Assembly (NCBI GenBank): GCA_964404855.1
Contig: CAYOLO010000001.1
Span: 297,322 to 361,321, forward strand
DNA from: an uncultured Gammaproteobacteria bacterium
Lineage (GTDB): Bacteria; Patescibacteriota; Microgenomatia; CAYQLK01
Reading direction: 5' to 3'
DNA: 64,000 nt
This document shows positions 28,941 to 39,719 of this stretch, in pieces (positions within the stretch are counted from its first letter, which is position 1; every line of letters begins with the position of its first letter). Both the position numbers and the translations under genes were made by a program. Below the pieces are notes generated by a model. The model was not told where the DNA came from and did not search any database. It saw only the letters and a program-made list of their open reading frames with translations.

Positions 28941-31900
28941 TTAGTAGGTTCCGGTTAGGATATAGGTGACTTTTGTTTCATAATTACCAGCTTCTTGAGC
29001 AGAACTCACATTGACTTTGTAGGTAACAGTTATTTCACTGTCATTAGTTGTGCCGACATTGGACATAACGGCGACTGGGCTTTCTGCAAAAGCTAAGTCT
29101 GCAAAATGGCGGTAGTTACTGGTAAAGGCTGCATCAGTGCCAGTGACATTGGCTAAAGTGTAACCGAAACCATAAGTGGTGCTTGATGACCAAGCGCCAG
29201 CTGAGGTATGAGTAATATTGCTTGCGTCGCCAAGAACATCAGGGATATAGAATCCGGCGTAGTTAATATTGGCAAGCCTTGTTACTTCTTGAGCGGTTAC
29301 TTGATAGCCGCCTGGGGCATCAGAGACGACTTGTAGATTGTGATTGTTGGTAGCTGGAGTACCTGGAGTAAGAGTACCAAAGGCGATTGTGGTTGAAGAA
29401 ATTGTTAGCTCGAGTCGATTGGAGCCAATATTCCAGTATTGAAAACCAGAACCAAGGTCGTAGTTGGTTGATTCTCCTGGTCCAGCTGCTAGTACGCCAC
29501 CTGTATCTGTAAGTGTGTAATTAGTGGACGATTTTCTGTCGCCGAAACTACCAAATGCTCCATCCATTTCGAAGTTGGTTGAGACTAGTTTGCCTGAACC
29601 AGCAGGTGGTGGGTCAGCGGTGGTGTTGGCAGTGTCACTTCCTGTATCAGTACCATCGTTGGCATCTGTGTAGCTGAGGGTAATAACATCATCTAGGACC
29701 ATTTCGATGTTATTGTTCGAGGTTGTGTATGTTCCCCACGCTGAAGTAATACTGCCTCGGAAAATAGCTGTGGAGTTGCCGGTTTCGGTTAAAGTTTTGG
29801 TTTCGGAATCGCCAGTGGTAGTGGTAATGCTTACAGATAGTGTTTCGGCGCTGCCGCCGTTAAGGTTAACGGAAACATCAGTAACAGTCATATAAATAGT
29901 GTCGCCTTGAGTGAAGTTGTTGTCCTCGGAATATCCGCTGTCTGTTAATAGAATGGTATTTGAGTCGTAGTTGAAGTCGCCAGCGTTGGTCATAAGTCCG
30001 CCGTTATTACATACAGTGCCGGTGACATCAAGAGAGAAGCTGTCTAGATCGTAAGTACCGGTTATGATACAGAAATTTTCGTTGACTGTGGTGTTAACTT
30101 GTTGAGTGAAAGTATCAGTGTTGCCATCGTCAGAGTCGATTGTGAGGTTGCGCCATGTGTAGTTTGGAATATTGTAGACATCAGCAACTGTGTCGTTATC
30201 GCCAACAAAAATTACATAAGATCCGACCGAAAGAGTAGGTGTGGTTGGCAGTTCGTTACCTTCCATTTGTAGTGTATCGGCTACAGTAAATGTTGAACCA
30301 CAGTTGAAGTCAAAGGAGTTGAGGAAGAATGTACCGTCGGTGATTGTACAGGTTGAGCCAGTAGTGAAGTCTGTTGCCATTTGAGCAGTACCTGAGGATT
30401 TGTTGACGGTAAATACGCCTGACATTGTTCCGGCGTTTTGAGTGATGTTTTGGGTTGTGGCTGTACCACCCATGGTAAGTGTAAGATTGGCACCACCAAA
30501 GGTGTCGGTCGTACTCATTGAGAAATCACCTTGGACGGTCATGGTGTAGGCAGATCCTGGGTTTGAAAAAGCTCCGTCTGTGCGCGTGAAGTCATCGGTA
30601 ATTGTACAGGTGCTGGCGAGTGTTAGTGTGGAGCCTGCGTGGGTCATATTTTGTTCAACTGCACCCGTAATTGTGCCGCCTTCACAGTCAAGCGTGGAAT
30701 CAGTGTCTACGCCACCGTCTTCAAAAACCAATGTATTGCCTGCAACAACCAGAGTGCCACCAGAATCTTTAAGCACACTACCTCGAGTCGTAATTGTGGT
30801 TCCAGTCATTGAACCATTAACCGTAATTGAGCCGTATGTCGTGACACTGGCAACCATTGTAATTACACAACTTGCACTTAAGGTAAAGTCAGCTCCTTGA
30901 ATGGTTTTGGCAATATTGTGGGTACCAGCAAGGGTAGTAGAACAAGTAAGAGTAGAATCGTCGGTAGTGTCGGCGCCATCAAAAGTTAAGGTTTTGCCAC
31001 TAAGGTTGAATGTTGTTCCAGATGTATGGGTATAGTCTTTTTCAAGGGTAATTATTGTTCCAGAGTAGGTCATCGTAGCGGAGGCTCCATTGGTAAGACT
31101 ACCTCCATTGCCAGAAGTGGAATCCAGATTAAAAGTACTTCCAGAAATATTAGTTGTACCATTGTTGACATAGTTACCTGTCATTGAGATTGTTGTTACA
31201 GCAACAATACAACTGGTGTTAATTGTGACGGTTGCTCCGCCAGTTTTGTTAAAAGCTAAAGTTCCACCTAGGGTTCCACAGATAACTGTACTGTTGTCAG
31301 AACTACTTGACCCGTCGAGGGTAACAGTAATGCCTGTAAGGTTAAAAGTTCCGCTTTGGGTAAAATCACCCTCAATTGTCATGGCAGTTCCAGAGTAGGT
31401 AATTGTTGCACCACCATTATTGGTTAAATCTCCTTCGCCGCCAGTAAGATTATCGAGATTAAAAGTTGTACCACCATTATTAATCGTGCCGTTATTGATA
31501 ATATTTCCTGTCATCGAGATACCTGAACCTGGGGAGGCAACGGTACATCCGCTACCAATGGTGATGTCACCGTCACCGGTTTTGTTAAAACCAATACTGC
31601 CGCCAATTGTGCCTGAACAGGTGACAGTTGAGTCGTCGGAGGTTGTACTGCCGTCTAATGAAATTGTTCCGCCGTTATGAGTGTATGTGCCGTCATTAGT
31701 GAAGTTTTTGGCTACAGTCATTGCGACAGTTGCAGAATTTTGATAAGTCGCACTGGTGTTAATCAAAAAGTTTCCGTTTACATCGACTGTTGGATCGTTG
31801 GTGTCGGCGTTGACGGTTACTGAGTTAGTGTCATCGCCAATGGTTAAGTTGTTAGCTATGGTTATTGTTTGTGACGCTCCTGAGCCAAGAGTGTATGTGG

Positions 31901-34900
31901 CACTAGCTGCACTTGGTTCGAATGAGAGATTATATAGACTAATTGTGCCTGAACCACCGAAGGTTGGGGTGGCGCTGGCAGCTGTTTTGGCACTAAAGGT
32001 ACCACTAGCGCTTTGGGTAATGGAACCGCTAATTGAGACATCGCCCGAGCCTGCAGTGGTGGAGCCGACGGTGATATTGTTGGTACCAAGAGCAAATGTT
32101 CCAGTTGTGACAGTTAAATCGCCATTGGCTGTAATTGTACCCCCAGCGTTGAATGTTTCAGAAGCGTTAAGGGTTAGATTAGTAAATGTTAGAGTTGGAA
32201 TTGTGGTGTCTCCGGAACCGTTGTTGCCGGTAAATGCAAAGGTCGAAGTGCTACCAGTTAGGGTGGAGGAGGCGTTGACGGCTGTTGGAGTGCCGTCAGT
32301 GCCAGAAAGTGTCCAAGTACGGTTGCCGGCATCAAGAACTGTTGGGGCAGAGTCGCCGCCTTCGCCAAGTGTTAAGTCACCAGTAACATTAATTGCGCCA
32401 GTACCGCCTGTTTGGGTGGTAATTGTTCTTGAGGAGCCTGAGGAATTGGAAAATGTAAGGTTGACGAAATTCCAAGCAGTGGCACCCGAGGTAGCGCCAA
32501 AGTTTTGGGCTGCGGCCACTCTTTGTTTGAATGTACTTGTGCCTGTGTAGTTAATCGTACCGCCACCGGAAATTGCACCATTTACTGTAGTAGTTACCGA
32601 GGTTGAACTGCCAATTGTTCCTGTAACTACAAGCGAATTAGTAACAGTCATTGAAGAAGTTACTGTAGTAGTGAAGGTATTACTGATTGTTAGATTATAA
32701 ATTGCGATTGCACCAGAACCACCGCCAATATTGCCCGTACCGTTCATTGTGACGGTTGGTGTGCCAGCAGTGTTGGCGACTGCGCCAGTTGAAGTAGTTG
32801 TAATGTCACCACCAGCTATTGTCGTGTCGGCGTTAATATTAAGGGTGGCGCCAGCATCTACGAGAATGTCTCTCGACATAGCGTTGGTGGCGCTGCCGAG
32901 CGTGGCTGTAGCGCTGTCGTCGACATGAAAGTCAGCTGTTCCATTAGTCGTAACTGTTCCGTTTGGGGTGTAGGTTTTGCCGGTAAAAACTAATAGCTCT
33001 ATACCACTAGTAACGCTAAGGTTGTTACTCGATACAGTATATGGGATATCGCCATCATTACCGCTATCGTAGGTGTCCATATCGGTATTATCAACAGCTG
33101 TGGCGTCGTCAGATGTTACCGTCACAGTATTGGTATAGACAATATTACCTGTTGAGTTGCCAGAGCCATCAAATCTGATTACTGTTGCTCCGTCTGTGGC
33201 GTCATTATCAATCCAAACGACGATGCCTTCGCCGGCTGCTGGAGCAGAAATGGTCGCGTCAGAAAAAGCACCAGTTGAGTCATTACAGAAGGTTGTGGTG
33301 GTGACGCCGTTGCTGCGGATTGCTACATTGTAAGTTGGAGTGGTGTGATCACAGAGAGCTGGTGCCGAAGAAGTGCCCGCAGTATAGACATTACCTGACA
33401 CAGTGATTGGGTCGGCAGGGATAGACACGCTTGGGTAGGTGCAAGCTGACGAAAGACAGTCCGTAACTCCAGAAGGATTGTAAGTAAATACAGGCGTTAA
33501 TTGGTCGTTATCGTAAGCGCGGAAATAGTAGGTGGTAGCGGCGGCAACATCTTCGGCTTTTAGGGGATAGTCTACTTCCAGTATTGCCGAGGCAGAGTGG
33601 TCCATGTTGGCTCCAGCTGCAGCGTCTTTGTCAGATGTATAAGTGCCGTTTTGGGTTGTACCTGTTAGTGCGCTAGAGCCTACTGCGGTGTTGTCTGAAC
33701 AAGAACCACAGGTTTCTCCGCTAGTAGCGTAGCGCCAGACTGCAGATGTTTCTCCCGTGTCGCCAACATCAGTCCAAGTGCAAGTATCAGGGACGGTTGA
33801 TGGGGTACATCCGGAGGTGTATTGGAGTTTTTTTCTGGCGTCAGTTTGAGCTACGGCACCTCTTTCGTAATATTGCATTCTAAGGCGAATAAATTCTTCT
33901 TTGGCGACACTGCCTGTAGTGTTTTCTGCGGCCACTCCAGAAGATGGCGTGTTATTTGTTTCATCGTTATAGAATCGCCAATTGCGCTGCCAAGGTGTAT
34001 AGATTTTCCAAGTAAACTCATAGCTAAATGCCGAACCTTCGCCTCCGGTAGTACCGTCTGGAGCGGATGCGTTAGGGCAGGCAAGACCGTACATTGAGCC
34101 GTTGACTTCGACATCAGCTTGGGCAGTGCCACCAAAGCTTGAGCCGGTCCAAAGCTGGGCATACATGTCACAGTCAACATCGACAGTAAGCATCATGATG
34201 TCATCGGTATTTTCGTTCGGATAGAGTCTTATCCCTAATGAGTCATCTGATGTGGTAACGCCTGTTCTGGTCTTAGTGCCGTAACTAGAGGTTGGAGTGT
34301 AGGTCATAAAGTTACCGTCAGTTGTGGTACCTCCGTCGTTATAAACGACCAAACCAAGCCCTGATGTGCCACCAGCCTGTTGGCGCTGAAATACCGACGA
34401 AGATTGTTTGGCGTTTAATGTTTCTGTTCCTGTATCTGGACAGTTGGTAGTGTTGACACCGCCACTACACTCTGTCCAGCCGTTTGTGGAGTTGTCTGCC
34501 CGCCAGACGGCATGACTATAGTCGTCACCTGAGGTTCCAGTAGAGACCATAATCCTACTACTAGTCGGGTCGCCGTTTGTTTCTATCCAGAATCCAGCAC
34601 TCGCGTCAGTAAAGGCGTTATTCTCTCCACCCCAGCCTGAGCCAACGGTATAGACTTGATAGTTAACGTTGCTGTTTGTTGTGTGGAGATAGTTGACAAT
34701 GAATGTGTTGCTACTGCCACCACCTTGCCAAGCACCGTCAAAACATTGAGCAACAGTACATCCGGTTAGTCCTGCATCCAGTGCGGCAGAGAGACAGCTG
34801 AATGAACTGCCGTCCCAATAGCAAGCGAAAAGGTCGGAGTTAGTATCGGCAATTAGTACCATAATTCGATTAGATCTTTTGTCAGCGAGACGGCTACCAT

Positions 34901-36611
34901 CACTGATTACGCGAATCCATTGAGGTGTGCCGCCCGTACCTCCTGTGTGGAAGTCGACTTCGTTAGTAGCAGATGGTGATCCTGGAGAGGAGTCTGGTGA
35001 CCAAGCTGAACCATCCCAGAGTGCGTAGTAGAATTTGTCAGTAACACTATCTCCGTAGACAACCATTGCTCGACCGGAGAGTGATTCGTAGGCTATATCA
35101 AAAGCTCTTTCACAAGTGCTGGCGGTTTGAGCAGTATCACAGTCTTGGGTTGGTGTTGTGCCTGGATTGTTCCATTGAGCGGTAAAGTCTCCGTTGGCGT
35201 CACATCCTGTCGTACATGTTTCGACATATAAATCCCCGTTGACTTTGAGAGTGCCGATTATTTCTTCTTCTCTGGTTGGGGAAGTTTCAGCTACAGTCCA
35301 AAGTATAAAGCTAGTACTATTGGCGGCACCGTTAAATTCCGACCCAAAAGTTGAAGTTGAGGTAAAGGTTTTTCCTCTTAGGACGCCGTTAGTAGCTGAG
35401 GTATCGCCGTAAAATAAGTTACCGTTGGCTGTAACAGCGTCAGAGGCGATTTGCCACTCTCTGATTTCGCCAAAATCACCAATGATTAAAGGACCAAGGA
35501 GAAAAAACTCTGGACTGATATCTGGAGCGTCGAAGATATAACTAAGATTAAGTGTTTGCCCAGCAACAAGACTTGCTTGCCAAGTGAGTTTTTTGTCGTC
35601 ACCTTCGGTTGATTCAGTAAATACACCTTGTGATTTAGTGATAATAAAATTACTTGGAACTGTTTCAATAATTGTGCCTGTGTAGTTAGTATTGGCGGTA
35701 ATTTGCAGACTGACTTTGTAGTTAGCAGGAGGATAGATACGAGATGGGCCGGAACGTTTAATGATAAATGGATTATTTCCATTTACTTCGAAGAAGTCAT
35801 TAATTGTTCTGGTACCGTTTTTTGTTTCTGCCGAGTATTTGATGGTGTATGTGCCTATTTCGTCGCCGATTTGATATTCAGAAGAGTAGTCTGGGATATC
35901 AGTGATGTTATCAAGTCCACATTCACCGCTGGGGTTAATTTGACCATCTTTGGACGAGAGAATGCTGGTGTTTTTGGAAGGAGTAGTTATTTCGACAGTT
36001 AATTTGGCATCACAAATCGTGTGTCCTAAGTCGTCGACAGTTCCAAAGGATAGTTTGGCTAAATCATTAGGAGAGTAAATAGTTTGGTCGAAGTTAATTG
36101 CTAATACTCCCCATGTGAAATCTTGTTTAATATTTTTGATTTGCCCGTTTTTTTCTATTTCAACATCAAGTGTATATTTTCCTGGAGTAAATGAGCTTGC
36201 AGTGATTGTGTTGGTGTGAATATTGAATTCATTGGAGTTTTGTTTGATTGAAGTACCAATATTCTTAGCAATATTTCCATCAGGTTTTAAAATTTGAGCC
36301 TTAATATTATTGGAGGATAGAATTTGGGTCTCGTTGAGTTTGAGTTTGAATGTAGGGGACTCATCGACTCTAAAAGAGTTTTTTGGAAGTTCGACTACTG
36401 CTTTTGGATAAATTTCTGATTTGGGTAATGATTTAAAAACTAGAACAGTGCTTGCAATGATAATTAAGACAAAAATAAAAGCAAAAACAGTTTTAGAGTG
36501 GTCGGTTATTTTTTTGACCCTGCTAGTGGTGGAAAGTATTAGGTGGGCTTGAGGCTGAAGGGTAAAATTTTTTCTACGAAAAGGGTAGAAGTTTGGCAGG
36601 ATAGTTTTCAC
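28941..36611 (-). CDS. giant 2556-aa surface adhesin with C-terminal pilin/WxL-like domain
   Basis: N-terminal TM anchor, Ig-like and propeller-like regions, beta-helix repeats, ends QEAGNYETKVTYILTGTY. Confidence 0.85.
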   Translation of the reverse strand: MKTILPNFYPFRRKNFTLQPQAHLILSTTSRVKKITDHSKTVFAFIFVLIIIASTVLVFKSLPKSEIYPKAVVELPKNSFRVDESPTFKLKLNETQILSSNNIKAQILKPDGNIAKNIGTSIKQNSNEFNIHTNTITASSFTPGKYTLDVEIEKNGQIKNIKQDFTWGVLAINFDQTIYSPNDLAKLSFGTVDDLGHTICDAKLTVEITTPSKNTSILSSKDGQINPSGECGLDNITDIPDYSSEYQIGDEIGTYTIKYSAETKNGTRTINDFFEVNGNNPFIIKRSGPSRIYPPANYKVSLQITANTNYTGTIIETVPSNFIITKSQGVFTESTEGDDKKLTWQASLVAGQTLNLSYIFDAPDISPEFFLLGPLIIGDFGEIREWQIASDAVTANGNLFYGDTSATNGVLRGKTFTSTSTFGSEFNGAANSTSFILWTVAETSPTREEEIIGTLKVNGDLYVETCTTGCDANGDFTAQWNNPGTTPTQDCDTAQTASTCERAFDIAYESLSGRAMVVYGDSVTDKFYYALWDGSAWSPDSSPGSPSATNEVDFHTGGTGGTPQWIRVISDGSRLADKRSNRIMVLIADTNSDLFACYWDGSSFSCLSAALDAGLTGCTVAQCFDGAWQGGGSSNTFIVNYLHTTNSNVNYQVYTVGSGWGGENNAFTDASAGFWIETNGDPTSSRIMVSTGTSGDDYSHAVWRADNSTNGWTECSGGVNTTNCPDTGTETLNAKQSSSVFQRQQAGGTSGLGLVVYNDGGTTTDGNFMTYTPTSSYGTKTRTGVTTSDDSLGIRLYPNENTDDIMMLTVDVDCDMYAQLWTGSSFGGTAQADVEVNGSMYGLACPNASAPDGTTGGEGSAFSYEFTWKIYTPWQRNWRFYNDETNNTPSSGVAAENTTGSVAKEEFIRLRMQYYERGAVAQTDARKKLQYTSGCTPSTVPDTCTWTDVGDTGETSAVWRYATSGETCGSCSDNTAVGSSALTGTTQNGTYTSDKDAAAGANMDHSASAILEVDYPLKAEDVAAATTYYFRAYDNDQLTPVFTYNPSGVTDCLSSACTYPSVSIPADPITVSGNVYTAGTSSAPALCDHTTPTYNVAIRSNGVTTTTFCNDSTGAFSDATISAPAAGEGIVVWIDNDATDGATVIRFDGSGNSTGNIVYTNTVTVTSDDATAVDNTDMDTYDSGNDGDIPYTVSSNNLSVTSGIELLVFTGKTYTPNGTVTTNGTADFHVDDSATATLGSATNAMSRDILVDAGATLNINADTTIAGGDITTTSTGAVANTAGTPTVTMNGTGNIGGGSGAIAIYNLTISNTFTTTVTSSMTVTNSLVVTGTIGSSTSVTTTVNGAISGGGTINYTGTSTFKQRVAAAQNFGATSGATAWNFVNLTFSNSSGSSRTITTQTGGTGAINVTGDLTLGEGGDSAPTVLDAGNRTWTLSGTDGTPTAVNASSTLTGSTSTFAFTGNNGSGDTTIPTLTFTNLTLNASETFNAGGTITANGDLTVTTGTFALGTNNITVGSTTAGSGDVSISGSITQSASGTFSAKTAASATPTFGGSGTISLYNLSFEPSAASATYTLGSGASQTITIANNLTIGDDTNSVTVNADTNDPTVDVNGNFLINTSATYQNSATVAMTVAKNFTNDGTYTHNGGTISLDGSTTSDDSTVTCSGTIGGSIGFNKTGDGDITIGSGCTVASPGSGISMTGNIINNGTINNGGTTFNLDNLTGGEGDLTNNGGATITYSGTAMTIEGDFTQSGTFNLTGITVTLDGSSSSDNSTVICGTLGGTLAFNKTGGATVTINTSCIVAVTTISMTGNYVNNGTTNISGSTFNLDSTSGNGGSLTNGASATMTYSGTIITLEKDYTHTSGTTFNLSGKTLTFDGADTTDDSTLTCSTTLAGTHNIAKTIQGADFTLSASCVITMVASVTTYGSITVNGSMTGTTITTRGSVLKDSGGTLVVAGNTLVFEDGGVDTDSTLDCEGGTITGAVEQNMTHAGSTLTLASTCTITDDFTRTDGAFSNPGSAYTMTVQGDFSMSTTDTFGGANLTLTMGGTATTQNITQNAGTMSGVFTVNKSSGTAQMATDFTTGSTCTITDGTFFLNSFDFNCGSTFTVADTLQMEGNELPTTPTLSVGSYVIFVGDNDTVADVYNIPNYTWRNLTIDSDDGNTDTFTQQVNTTVNENFCIITGTYDLDSFSLDVTGTVCNNGGLMTNAGDFNYDSNTILLTDSGYSEDNNFTQGDTIYMTVTDVSVNLNGGSAETLSVSITTTTGDSETKTLTETGNSTAIFRGSITSAWGTYTTSNNNIEMVLDDVITLSYTDANDGTDTGSDTANTTADPPPAGSGKLVSTNFEMDGAFGSFGDRKSSTNYTLTDTGGVLAAGPGESTNYDLGSGFQYWNIGSNRLELTISSTTIAFGTLTPGTPATNNHNLQVVSDAPGGYQVTAQEVTRLANINYAGFYIPDVLGDASNITHTSAGAWSSSTTYGFGYTLANVTGTDAAFTSNYRHFADLAFAESPVAVMSNVGTTNDSEITVTYKVNVSSAQEAGNYETKVTYILTGTY

Positions 36612-36699
36612 TATTTAATTGTATAGAAAGTTGAGCACAAATTGAACAGCTAAAGTAAGACGCTATTATATATGGTTATCTACGTGATGATATTTGAGC

Positions 36700-38943
36700 C
36701 TAATTGGTTGGTTCGGCGGAGTTGGTTGCGGTTGGAGGAGTTGGGGATGGGTTTAGAATAACTGGAGTTTGTTCTGATTTTTCTTGTTGAGATTGACTCT
36801 CTGCTAATGCTTTTTCCCATTCTTTTGTTAAATCTGCTCTACTCGGATTGTCGGTTGGGAGAAGATTGAGGGCTGTTTCGAGTGCCGTGGCTCTTTTGGT
36901 GGCGGAATCAGGTCTGTTTTTGAGCGCTTCAGCCAGGGCAATATATCCGACAGGGTAGTCGGGTTTTTTCTGAATTGCGACTTCAAAATTAGTTATGGCT
37001 GAGTCTGTAACACCAAGTGTTAAAAACGTTCTGCCTAGGTTGATGTAGAGAAGTGGGTTCTGAGGGTCAAGGGCGAGGGCTTGTTGTTGAGCTTTGAGAG
37101 CGTGTTGTTCAGCGTCTTTGCCTATACCGATTAGTGAACGGTAGACTTGTGAAAGCGTTTCCCAATTACCAACATTAAGATTGGATGTGCCTGATTGAAT
37201 ATTGGTTTGATAGCCTGTGATTATTTTGCCTTGCTCGATAGCCTGACTAATTAGCGAAGTAATGTCTTTTTCTTCTTGTTCGGTTAGAGGCGATTCGGTG
37301 CTATTAGGATCGGCGTTAGCTTGTGCATTTTGGAGAATTGATCTGGCTAGAGCCATATAAGTAACGATAAGTTGTTTGCGATAGACACTTTCTGCGCCAT
37401 TTTCTTTGATGGCGGCAATTTGTTCATTAAGAGCTTCGACTCCATCACTTTTTGAGGTTGCCAGTGCGCTTTTTTGGAAATGGGTTTCAGCTTGGAACGA
37501 GTCTCTGTAGAAGAAAAATAGAAAGATTGAGCCAACCAGTGTAGGGATTAGTAACAAAATTGGAATTACCATTGATAGCTCTTCTTTGACACGCTGGGAT
37601 TGCTTTTTGGATTTTTTGAGACTTAGTTCAGATTTAGTGGAACTTGAGTTGTTGATGGCACCTAGTAATCCAAAGAAAATTAGCAAAACGCTTGCGGTAT
37701 AAATATTAGCAAGGCTTGTAATTATTAGAATAAGGACAGTTAGGGTGATGTATTTGTAAATAAGTTTGTCTTCGGAATTATTTTTCAGGATTTTTATTGT
37801 TTTGGTAAGAATAATTAAAACAATTAGGATAAAGGAAGCTATGCCGAGTATGCCGGTACCAGCAAGAATCATAAGCACTTCTGAGTTGGGTTGATCGAAA
37901 CGAAGATTCCAGAACTGAGTTAGGTTAATTGATTGGGGTTTTAGCTGAGTATAAGCATAAGCAAAGGTGCCTTGTCCTGAGCCGATTAGGGCTCGGTTTT
38001 GGTTACGGATAACACCGACGCTGACAGAATAGCTTTCGGCTTGGGGCAGTGTAACTTCCTTGGGGAATTCGACATTTGAATTGGTTTGTTTGTCAGAAGT
38101 TTTAATTAGCTTGCCGTAAGTTGAAGTGTTGAGGTTAGGAATGTAGGCAAATATTGTCAAAAACAGCCAAACGAGTGCTACAAGTGCTAGTATTAGTGAT
38201 TTTTTGACTGCTAATTCTTTACGACTGGTGAGGGCTAGTAAGGCAAAAATTACAATCAGACTTATCCATCCACTAAGGGAGTTGATTAACGAGAAACACC
38301 ACAAAATTGGTAATAGTGAGATTGGAAAAACGAACGATAGGAATGATTTGCTGGGTGAATATTTTTTGATTGATAGGTAGATACCTAGAGGAACCGATAA
38401 AGTAAGGATTACTCCCAGATTATTAATGCTTGTTGCAGGCGTCCATGATCTAATTTGGCTAAAACTCATTGGCAGAAATAATCCAAAATAGTTCATTAGT
38501 CCAATTATGGAGAGTAAGACTGAAGAGAGGTAAATTGACAAAACTGTGAATTTTGTACTTCTTTTGGTTAAGTTATTGGCCGCAACAAAATAAATAACAA
38601 TGACAGCGAGTATAAAAATTAGTGAATGGTTAAATCTTGGATACCATCCAGCGATTGAAACATAGCGATCAACAGAGAACGATGCGGCCAAAATATTAGT
38701 AAACGCGAAGATAATAACTGCAATATCAACAATTGATGTTCTTATTTTGAATTTTCCTAGAAGAGCTGATTTGGTAAACCAAAGTATTAACAGAACGGCG
38801 GCGGACAATGAGGTGAGTAAGACTTTGTTAAATTCGTAATACTCACTGGTGAGGGGAATAAAGAAAAGCGGTACTAGGCCAAATAAAATATTCAGCCAAA
38901 TAATTATTGTTTTGCCAATGAAATTTGCTAGGTCGTTTCTCAT
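36700..38943 (-). CDS. O-antigen ligase/oligosaccharyltransferase-like polytopic membrane protein with C-terminal TPRs
   Basis: about 12 TMs, GSGQGTFAYAY..WNLRFDQPNSEVLMILAGTGILG loop, TPR motifs (ALALDPQNP). Confidence 0.8.
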   Translation of the reverse strand: MRNDLANFIGKTIIIWLNILFGLVPLFFIPLTSEYYEFNKVLLTSLSAAVLLILWFTKSALLGKFKIRTSIVDIAVIIFAFTNILAASFSVDRYVSIAGWYPRFNHSLIFILAVIVIYFVAANNLTKRSTKFTVLSIYLSSVLLSIIGLMNYFGLFLPMSFSQIRSWTPATSINNLGVILTLSVPLGIYLSIKKYSPSKSFLSFVFPISLLPILWCFSLINSLSGWISLIVIFALLALTSRKELAVKKSLILALVALVWLFLTIFAYIPNLNTSTYGKLIKTSDKQTNSNVEFPKEVTLPQAESYSVSVGVIRNQNRALIGSGQGTFAYAYTQLKPQSINLTQFWNLRFDQPNSEVLMILAGTGILGIASFILIVLIILTKTIKILKNNSEDKLIYKYITLTVLILIITSLANIYTASVLLIFFGLLGAINNSSSTKSELSLKKSKKQSQRVKEELSMVIPILLLIPTLVGSIFLFFFYRDSFQAETHFQKSALATSKSDGVEALNEQIAAIKENGAESVYRKQLIVTYMALARSILQNAQANADPNSTESPLTEQEEKDITSLISQAIEQGKIITGYQTNIQSGTSNLNVGNWETLSQVYRSLIGIGKDAEQHALKAQQQALALDPQNPLLYINLGRTFLTLGVTDSAITNFEVAIQKKPDYPVGYIALAEALKNRPDSATKRATALETALNLLPTDNPSRADLTKEWEKALAESQSQQEKSEQTPVILNPSPTPPTATNSAEPTN

Positions 38944-39719
38944 GAATTTCGTTATGGCAAATGTAAAGCTTATGGTAGTGCTTGTCAAGCAAAAATAGAT
39001 TCGGTTTTTTGTGAAAAGAACATTATTAATATAGTTTCACGAACCATGGAGTGTAAGGTGTGTGTAAAGTTGGTGGTGATATTTATTGTTAGAAGTCAAC
39101 TATCCAAAATTAATAGTTGTTTAATCATTATTTTGATTATTAAAATTACATGAATTAAAAGTTATATATGATGGGTTTAGGCTGTTGGAATAGGGTGAAT
39201 CATTTAGCTAATATTTTTATCACTAATTAAAAAAGACTGCTAATGGCTGATTTGCGGTAGGATCAAAAATATTACCTTTAGGCTTTTCACTGCGTGATTA
39301 AGATTAAATTTTTAATTTCTTTAGGGTATTAGTAGGGAAATTAATTAATTTTTTCAAACTTATAATTAATATTTTAGTTAAATTTTCTAATGCTTAATTA
39401 TCAATTAAATAGAGTAACTGATATCAAGGCTAATTTTGAAAAGATTAAAATTAGTAATTATTATTCAATTTTTATATTTTATTTAAAAAATCAATGTTTG
39501 AGTAAAAAATTTATACAGATTTTAAAGCTATTTAACGATTTGTTAAAGAATTAACAAAAAAATAATATTTAATAATTGTTACTTTTATATTTAGTTATTT
39601 TATTATAAATATTAGTCAAATATTGATCGTATCTTAATTGTATATTATCAAACTTATAGTACGAATACATGTAATTTATTGTTTGGGGTAGATATGTTAG
39701 AATTTCGGAAATATTTTTT

